Shown: positions 8,457 to 14,239 of the stretch, piece after piece
Layout: each line of letters begins with the position of its first letter
How positions within the stretch are numbered: the stretch's first letter is position 1
From: an uncultured bacterium
Lineage (GTDB): Bacteria; Hydrogenedentota; Hydrogenedentia; Hydrogenedentales; JAEUWI01
Length of the DNA stretch: 14,239 nucleotides
Assembly (NCBI GenBank): GCA_963977445.1
Contig: CAXBPH010000185.1
Span: 1 to 14,239 of the forward strand
Direction of reading: 5' to 3'
The notes under the pieces: generated by a model
Seen by the model: only the letters and a program-made list of their open reading frames with translations
Told to the model about the DNA's origin: nothing
The model's database searches: none
Program-made: the position numbers and the translations under genes

Positions 8457-9417
8457 GGGCGGGGCGTCCCGTGGAACGATTGCGCAGGGTAGACACGATG
8501 AGCCGTATTTCGACTTGCGACACCTTTTTCCCGACAATCGGACCGATTATGGCCGGGTTGAGGGTTTCCGCCTGTCCGGCCACCATGGCCACCATGAGAT
8601 AGGTGGGCCGGTCAATCCAGGGAAAGGGCGTGGTTCTGCCCGATTCTTCGATATAGCGTTCCAGGGCGGTGCCACACCATTCCGAATCGCGGTCCAGCGC
8701 CTCTGCAACCATGCTCAGCGCTTCTTCTCGTTCAAAATAAGGAAATGCGAGTCGCATGGGGTCGTCGGCCGCCAGGATTACCTTGGGAACGTTGGGTGGT
8801 AACGTCGCCAGGGGCGGGACTACTGCCGGCGTCGGGGCAGCTGTCTTCACCGTTGTTGCTGTTGCCTTCTCCTGCGGCAGCGGCACGTCGAGAGGCTTTA
8901 CCCGCAGACTCAGGGTGGCGATCACGGCATTGTACGCCACACCGCCTTGGGGCTCGTCCAGTAGTGCGAGGATCGGTGCGTCGGGTAAGAGTGCGCGTAA
9001 GGAACGAAGGGTTGCATAGTCTTCCAGGCAATCGGAGGCATCCAGGTTGCAACGTTGCGCAGAAGCCACTACCACCTGGGAGGGTGCCAGAGACTGCATG
9101 AATTGCACGAATTTCTTCTGGAGGAACCGTTCGGGAGAAACAAACAAGTATTCGATCTCCCCGGCGCGCAGCCGTTCGGCCACGACACGGCGGTCGTCAT
9201 CGGCCATATCCGGTACGATCCGGGTTGAACGTTTGGCGATGTCTGCTGCTTCGCTGGCCTGTACCAGATGGTGTGTCATGTCGGGAACGACGATGAGCCA
9301 AAGGTGGCCTGCTTGTGTGCCATGAAGGTGGACAAGCTCGGGCCATTGTTGGGCCCTTGGGGTGGTGTCAACCACGGCATCGGTGCCTGCAATGACGGAT
9401 GAAAGTTCACGGCTCAT
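8446..9417 (-). CDS. RecQ-derived protein: degenerate helicase domain 1 + Pro/Ala/Thr linker + HTH_40-like C-terminal domain (323 aa)
   Basis: RLRAGEIEYLFVSPERF and DYATLRSLRALLPDAPILAL track RecQ domain 1 (GQIRLLYIAPERL; EYAALGQLRQRFPTLPFMAL). The C-terminus LSMVAEALDRDSEWCGTALERYI...VSQVEIRLIV resembles HTH_40. ATG 9417 overlaps the mgtE stop (ATGA). Confidence 0.7.
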   Translation of the reverse strand: MSRELSSVIAGTDAVVDTTPRAQQWPELVHLHGTQAGHLWLIVVPDMTHHLVQASEAADIAKRSTRIVPDMADDDRRVVAERLRAGEIEYLFVSPERFLQKKFVQFMQSLAPSQVVVASAQRCNLDASDCLEDYATLRSLRALLPDAPILALLDEPQGGVAYNAVIATLSLRVKPLDVPLPQEKATATTVKTAAPTPAVVPPLATLPPNVPKVILAADDPMRLAFPYFEREEALSMVAEALDRDSEWCGTALERYIEESGRTTPFPWIDRPTYLMVAMVAGQAETLNPAIIGPIVGKKVSQVEIRLIVSTLRNRSTGRPAHGK

Positions 9418-10811
9418 GGGCTTGCCGTCCCGAGTAGCCCGAAATGGGTCGCGAGGGTCGCCAAGGCCAGCATGAGAAAGAGGCCGAACATATCGGTCAG
9501 TGTCGTCTGAATCGGGGGCGCACCCAGCGCGGGATCGGCCTTCATACGTCGAATTAATAAGGGAATTACGCCGCCGATGCACACGGCGAGCACCGTGTTG
9601 AGCAGGAAGGCCAGTCCAACAAACAGGGCCAACACGGGCACCTGATACCCCTGCACACGATCAAGTCCAAAGGCGACAAGCACCACAATGGTCCCGAGCA
9701 CGCCACCATTGATGAGACCAATCTGCACTTCCTTCCGCAGTACGCGGAAAATATCAGTGGGCTGAATGAGGCCCAGAGTAAGCTCCCGAATACTCACCGC
9801 AACGGCCTGGTTGCCACTGCACCCGCACAGATTTCCGATAATGGGGATAAAGAACAGCAATATGGGAAAACTGACCACGGTAGATTCAAACAGGGGAATT
9901 ACGGCGGCCGCCATCATGCTCAGGGGCAAGTTAATGCCGAGCCAGACCATGCGTCGGGTGACCCGCTCGCGGGTTGGCATACTCCGCAATTCCTCGCCAC
10001 CGATAATACCACCAAAGCGCATGAGGCTCTTCTCGATCCCCTCGCCGAGGGCTTCTTCGGCTTCGGCTCGGTGGACCACGCCCACCATCCGGTGTTCCAT
10101 GTCAGTGACGGGAACACTGTAAAACAGGTAGCGATCAAAAAGCTGCGTGAGTTCATCCAGGGGCGTGTCGACAAGGACGTAAATGGGGTTTACAATCATC
10201 AGCTCTTGCAGCGGGGTCTCGGCGGGCGCGAGGATCAGGTCTCTCAGGCGAAGTACGCCCACTAACGTGCCCCGTTTGCTGTTTACATAGGCATATTGAA
10301 CCCCAAAATCGCTGTAACGCTCTGCATTGGCGCGTAAATCCTGGATGACCTCCCCGACCAATGTGCCCTGCCCATAGGTCACAAATTCGGTCATCATGAT
10401 GCCGCCAGCGGTCTCTTCATGGTATTCGAGGAGCAACCGGGCGTCTTTCGCCTCCTCGGGATCCATGGCACGGAGAATGGCCTCTGCATCGTCTTCGTCC
10501 ATCTCTCCGAGGATGTCGGCGCGATGGTTACTCTCCATCTCGTCGATAATGGCGGCTGCCTCTTTCGCCGCCAGCATTTCTACGAGGTCCGAGCCCTGGG
10601 TGTCTGACAATTCCTCAATAAGGTCGGCCGCTTCTTCCGGACCGAGGAGCACGAGAACATCGTGCTGCTCTGCCTCATTAAGGCGGGTAAAGGCCCGGGC
10701 CACCTGGCCCGGATTGAGCAGATCGAGATAGGCGGCCAGTCCATCACTGTCCCGTGCTGTCACGAGCAGGCGAATCTGCTCCCAACTCTCGTTGGCGACC
10801 GCGTCATTCAT
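9414..10811 (-). CDS. mgtE: Magnesium transporter MgtE
   Basis: Acidic N-terminal domain, TAGGIMMTEF, two CBS domains (LVGVLRLRDLI; VPVTDMEHRMVGVV) and five TM segments with GNLCGCSGNQA and DPALGAPPIQTTLTD (Mg-binding Asp retained). Confidence 0.95.
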   Translation of the reverse strand: MNDAVANESWEQIRLLVTARDSDGLAAYLDLLNPGQVARAFTRLNEAEQHDVLVLLGPEEAADLIEELSDTQGSDLVEMLAAKEAAAIIDEMESNHRADILGEMDEDDAEAILRAMDPEEAKDARLLLEYHEETAGGIMMTEFVTYGQGTLVGEVIQDLRANAERYSDFGVQYAYVNSKRGTLVGVLRLRDLILAPAETPLQELMIVNPIYVLVDTPLDELTQLFDRYLFYSVPVTDMEHRMVGVVHRAEAEEALGEGIEKSLMRFGGIIGGEELRSMPTRERVTRRMVWLGINLPLSMMAAAVIPLFESTVVSFPILLFFIPIIGNLCGCSGNQAVAVSIRELTLGLIQPTDIFRVLRKEVQIGLINGGVLGTIVVLVAFGLDRVQGYQVPVLALFVGLAFLLNTVLAVCIGGVIPLLIRRMKADPALGAPPIQTTLTDMFGLFLMLALATLATHFGLLGTASP

Positions 10812-10992
10812 CGGGCAGATTTCTCCACGGTATCACCCGGGAGATCACACCGTATATATCGAGCTGTCATGGTTGGGGAAATCCTCTGGGTTCAATGAGT
10901 GGAGACTGGAGCATTCGCAGAAACACAGTTTAACAAAGTTGAATCGTAGATGGGTATGATTCCGTAGGTAGCGGCGTTGGGGTGCATTGGCG

Positions 10993-11010
10993 TAGCGATA
11001 TTGCTATACT
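10993..11010 (+). promoter_or_regulatory. Putative extended -10 promoter with overlapping near-palindrome upstream of the ANL-family gene
   Basis: TG-C-TATACT at 11002-11010. TAGCGAT/ATTGCTA 14-bp dyad with one mismatch at 10993-11006. No good -35 box. Confidence 0.4.
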
Positions 11011-11090
11011 CTGCGGCTCCCGTATTGTGATGGAATCGCGCGCTCAGAATCGTGCATCGTATGGCCGATTGTGCCGCAGGATAGCCCTAT

Positions 11091-12617
11091 ATGGCCCTCA
11101 ATGTAGCCGAATGTATTACCTTGCCCGCACAACAATCACCAGAAGCTGTGGCCCTGGTTTTTGAATCCATCCGTTTGACCTTTGGCTCCCTGTTGGAACA
11201 GGTTCAGCGCGTTGCGGCCTTTCTGGAGCGCTCCGGGCTTCAGCCAGGTGATCGGGTGGCCCTTCTGTTGCCGAATACCCCCCACTTTCCCATTATTTAC
11301 TATGGGGTGCTCTATGCCGGTGGGATTGCCGTGCCCCTTAACCCGATGCAGACCGCCGGAGAACTTAACTATCTTTTGCAGGATGCCACTCCCCAATTGG
11401 TCTTCGTCTGGTCGGACCTGGCGGACGTAGTCACCCGGGCAACGGAAGGATTGACGTCGATACCTGACCTCGTTGTGGTTGAGACCGACCTGGTCACGGT
11501 TGTGCCGGAATCGGGGTATTCCTTCCTTACCGAAATGGCCCGTGCCGACACCAAACCAGCGATGGCAGAAACCACACCCGATGATGTGGCGGTTATTATG
11601 TATACGGCGGCTTACAATGGTCGGCCCCTGGGCGCGCAATTAACCCACTACAATATTTTCCAGAATGCCTACACCGCAGGCCATCGATTGCTGAAGTTCA
11701 CGCCCGAGGATTGCAGCTTGGGCGTGCTGCCGTTATTTCATAGTTTTGGGCAGATTGTCCTTATGAACGCCGTGCTACTTGCAGGGTCCAGCCTGGTGCT
11801 CATGGCGCGCTTTGATGCCACGCGGGTCTTCGAATTGATAGAAAAAGAACGGGTCACCGTTATTGGGCTCGTGCCGACCATGTATCACTTTCTGCTGGGG
11901 ACAAAAACCAACCTGCAGCCGGACCTATCCTCCCTCCGTCATGTGCTTGCCGGTGGGGCCATGCTCTCCCAAGACCTGGTAGTGGCCTTCAGGGAACGCT
12001 TTGGTCATACGATTCTCGAAGGGTATGGCCTGACGGAGACCAGTCCGGTCGTCTCTTTTAATATGTCGATGGAAGCCAATCGACCCGGCTCGATGGGCCT
12101 TCCCCTCTGGGGGTGCAACGTCCGGGCGGTTGATGAGGCCGGAAACACCCTGCCACCCGGTGAGACGGGTGAGCTTCTTGTTCGTGGTCATAACGTGATG
12201 AAGGGCTACCTGAATCAACCGGAGGTCACCGAAAAGGCGATTGTGGACGGTTGGTTCCATACCGGCGACAGGGGTTATCTCGACAAGGACGGCTACCTCT
12301 ATTTTCAGGGGCTCAAAAAGGATATGTTCATTCGTGCCGGGCTGAACGTCTATCCCCGGGAAATTGAGCGGGTATTGGAAGAGCATCCCCAGGTAGCCGA
12401 GGCGGCCGTCATTGGAGTGGCCGACGTGGTTCGTGGTGCGGAAGGGCAGGCATTTGTCGTGCTGTCTTCTGAGCTCGACGATGCCGAAAAAGAACTTAAA
12501 CGCTATTGTCGGGAGCTCATGGCGGGCTACAAGTGTCCACGGGCCATTGTGTTCCTCGCGAGTTTGCCCCGACGGAATGACGGTCGAATTGATAAAGATG
12601 CGCTACGGGAACGTTGA
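11091..12617 (+). CDS. Long-chain acyl-CoA ligase-like ANL adenylate-forming protein with atypical catalytic motifs
   Basis: GDRVALLLPN, LPLFHSFG, EGYGLTETSP, GELLVRGHNVMKGY, GWFHTGD, NVYPREIE, YKCPR. The P-loop, A8 and A10 motifs deviate from consensus. AGGA RBS upstream. Confidence 0.9.
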   Translation: MALNVAECITLPAQQSPEAVALVFESIRLTFGSLLEQVQRVAAFLERSGLQPGDRVALLLPNTPHFPIIYYGVLYAGGIAVPLNPMQTAGELNYLLQDATPQLVFVWSDLADVVTRATEGLTSIPDLVVVETDLVTVVPESGYSFLTEMARADTKPAMAETTPDDVAVIMYTAAYNGRPLGAQLTHYNIFQNAYTAGHRLLKFTPEDCSLGVLPLFHSFGQIVLMNAVLLAGSSLVLMARFDATRVFELIEKERVTVIGLVPTMYHFLLGTKTNLQPDLSSLRHVLAGGAMLSQDLVVAFRERFGHTILEGYGLTETSPVVSFNMSMEANRPGSMGLPLWGCNVRAVDEAGNTLPPGETGELLVRGHNVMKGYLNQPEVTEKAIVDGWFHTGDRGYLDKDGYLYFQGLKKDMFIRAGLNVYPREIERVLEEHPQVAEAAVIGVADVVRGAEGQAFVVLSSELDDAEKELKRYCRELMAGYKCPRAIVFLASLPRRNDGRIDKDALRER

Positions 12618-12651
12618 TGCCTGTCAACCGTGGAGGCTGCAGGCCGGACTA

Positions 12652-12691
12652 TGGTACAATTTCCCTTTATTGCTGCACCGTGTGACACGGT
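12652..12691 (+). promoter_or_regulatory. Putative extended -10 plus perfect 15-bp palindrome upstream of dxs
   Basis: TG-G-TACAAT at 12652-12660 and ACCGTGT-G-ACACGGT at 12677-12691, in an AT-rich intergenic region. Confidence 0.45.
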
Positions 12692-12828
12692 ATTCCATGT
12701 GATTTTGTATTTTTCGTGATGTTGAACGTACATCGGATAAGATTTACAGCCACACGAAACTTTTTAAGCGCTTTCTGATATAAAGTAAATAGATTCTACC
12801 GACGCAATGGGTGCAAAGTGATTGACTG

Positions 12829-14239
12829 ATGGCCGTATTGGATTCTATAAATTCCCCAAAAGACATTAAATCCCTTTCTCAAAGTGAGCTGGCAGCGCTT
12901 GCCGTTGAACTGAGAGAACAGGTGATTGACGTGGTAAATCACAACGGCGGCCATCTTTCGGCTCCGTTGGGCGTCGTAGAGCTTACCTTGGCGCTTCACT
13001 ACGTATACGACATCGGTCATGACCAGCTAATCTGGGACGTTGGTCACCAATGCTACCCCCATAAACTCCTGACGGGCCGTCGAGAAGTTTTTAGCACGAT
13101 TCGGAAAAAAGATGGTATCAGCGGCTATCCGAAGATTTCCGAGAGCGAATATGACTGCTTCGGCACCGGCCACTCCTCCACGTCTATTTCTGCTGCGGTC
13201 GGTATGGCGATTGCCCGAGACCAGTTGAAAGAGTCCTATGGCGTCGTTGCCCTGATCGGTGATGGGGCCATTACCGGCGGCATGGCCTTAGAGGGCCTCA
13301 GCCATGCGGGTCATCTGGGCCTGGACATGCTTGTCATTCTCAATGACAATGAAATGTCTATCTCCCCCAATGCCAGTGCCCTGAACAAATATTTCAATCG
13401 ACTGATTGTGGCGGAACCCTACAAACGGGCCAAGGAAGATGCCGGAAGCTTTGTAAAGAAGCTTATCGGCAATCGTATGACCCGTGCGATTCAGGATATC
13501 GAAAAGTCCGTCAAAAACTATATAACAAAAGGTGCTCTTTTTCAGGAGTTGGGAATCAACTATATCGGGCCGGTAGACGGCAACGATTTGCCCATGCTCA
13601 TCGAGTGTCTTTCCAGTATAAAGAGTATGCATGGTCCCATTTTGCTCCACTGCCGCACGGAAAAGGGAAAAGGGCTCAAGCAAGCAGAAGAAGATCCCCT
13701 CAAGTATCACGGTGTATCGCCCCGGGCCATTCGTCCGTCCGAAAAAGAAGGCGATGCACTGCCTGCGGAAAGCGAATCCACTGCCGCGCCGTCACGATCC
13801 TTTACGGACGCCTTTGTCGATGGCATGTTGGAAGCAGGCGAAGCGGATACGCGGGTGGTAGGCATTACGGCCGCCATGCCCACGGGAACAGGACTTTCTG
13901 TTTTTGAAGAACGTTTTCCAGACCGCTTTTTTGACGTAGGTATCTGTGAGCAACACGCGGTTACCATGGCCGCCGGTATGGCCGCTAAAGGGCTTCGTCC
14001 AGTTGCCGCAATTTACTCCACCTTCCTGCAACGGGGCTATGATCAGCTCATCCACGACGTCTGCATTCAGAAATTGCCGGTCGTTTTTGCGATTGATCGA
14101 TCGGGTCTGGTCGGAGAAGACAGTCCGACCCAAAACGGCACCTTTGACATTTCTTTCTTGCGTTGCGTGCCCGATCTTCAGATAGTTGCCCCTCGGGATG
14201 ACGTCGATACCACGCTCATGCTGAAATGGGCCCTGACCC
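12829..14239 (+). CDS. dxs: 1-deoxy-D-xylulose-5-phosphate synthase (3' truncated by window edge)
   Basis: Manually translated open frame from ATG 12829 (in-frame stop at 12823): GGHLSAPLGVVELT, WDVGHQCYPHKLLTGR, FGTGHSSTSIS, ThDP motif GDGAITGG...LNDNEMSIS, ITAAMPTGTG, DVGICEQHA, IYSTFLQRGYDQ. Absent from the ORF track because there is no stop in the window. Confidence 0.98.
   Translation, partial: MAVLDSINSPKDIKSLSQSELAALAVELREQVIDVVNHNGGHLSAPLGVVELTLALHYVYDIGHDQLIWDVGHQCYPHKLLTGRREVFSTIRKKDGISGYPKISESEYDCFGTGHSSTSISAAVGMAIARDQLKESYGVVALIGDGAITGGMALEGLSHAGHLGLDMLVILNDNEMSISPNASALNKYFNRLIVAEPYKRAKEDAGSFVKKLIGNRMTRAIQDIEKSVKNYITKGALFQELGINYIGPVDGNDLPMLIECLSSIKSMHGPILLHCRTEKGKGLKQAEEDPLKYHGVSPRAIRPSEKEGDALPAESESTAAPSRSFTDAFVDGMLEAGEADTRVVGITAAMPTGTGLSVFEERFPDRFFDVGICEQHAVTMAAGMAAKGLRPVAAIYSTFLQRGYDQLIHDVCIQKLPVVFAIDRSGLVGEDSPTQNGTFDISFLRCVPDLQIVAPRDDVDTTLMLKWALT

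Noticed and set aside
8457..8537. N-terminal 27 aa of the 463-aa ORF
   Set aside because: It overlaps the HTH_40-like coding region of the upstream gene; ATG 8456 is preferred.
9418..9582. N-terminal 55 aa of the 378-aa ORF
   Set aside because: It overlaps the mgtE TM coding region; ATGA coupling at 9417 is a much better start.
12796..14185. Short ORFs listed in the track over the right end
   Set aside because: All overlap the continuous dxs reading frame.

Overview
Chromosomal bacterial region (roughly 57-58% GC by eye). Most genes lie on the minus strand. Reading right to left: an mgtE Mg2+ transporter; a translationally coupled RecQ-derived protein whose ATPase motifs are all degenerate, fused to an HTH_40-like domain; a membrane-anchored SGNH-type protein; a partial trp operon (trpD-C-F-B-A, no trpE/G in the window); a ~600 bp non-coding spacer holding a 153-bp tandem duplication and REP-like hairpin repeats; a membrane PAS/PP2C (SpoIIE/RsbU-type) phosphatase; and the start of another gene at the left edge. 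On the plus strand are an acyl-CoA-ligase-family (ANL) protein with several invariant catalytic residues replaced, and dxs, which runs off the right edge and is missing from the ORF track. The most unusual items are the two apparent pseudo-enzymes, the REP/REPIN-like repeat module, non-canonical active-site residues in DXS, and several palindromes overlapping putative promoters. All family calls come from motif recognition by eye, not database searches.
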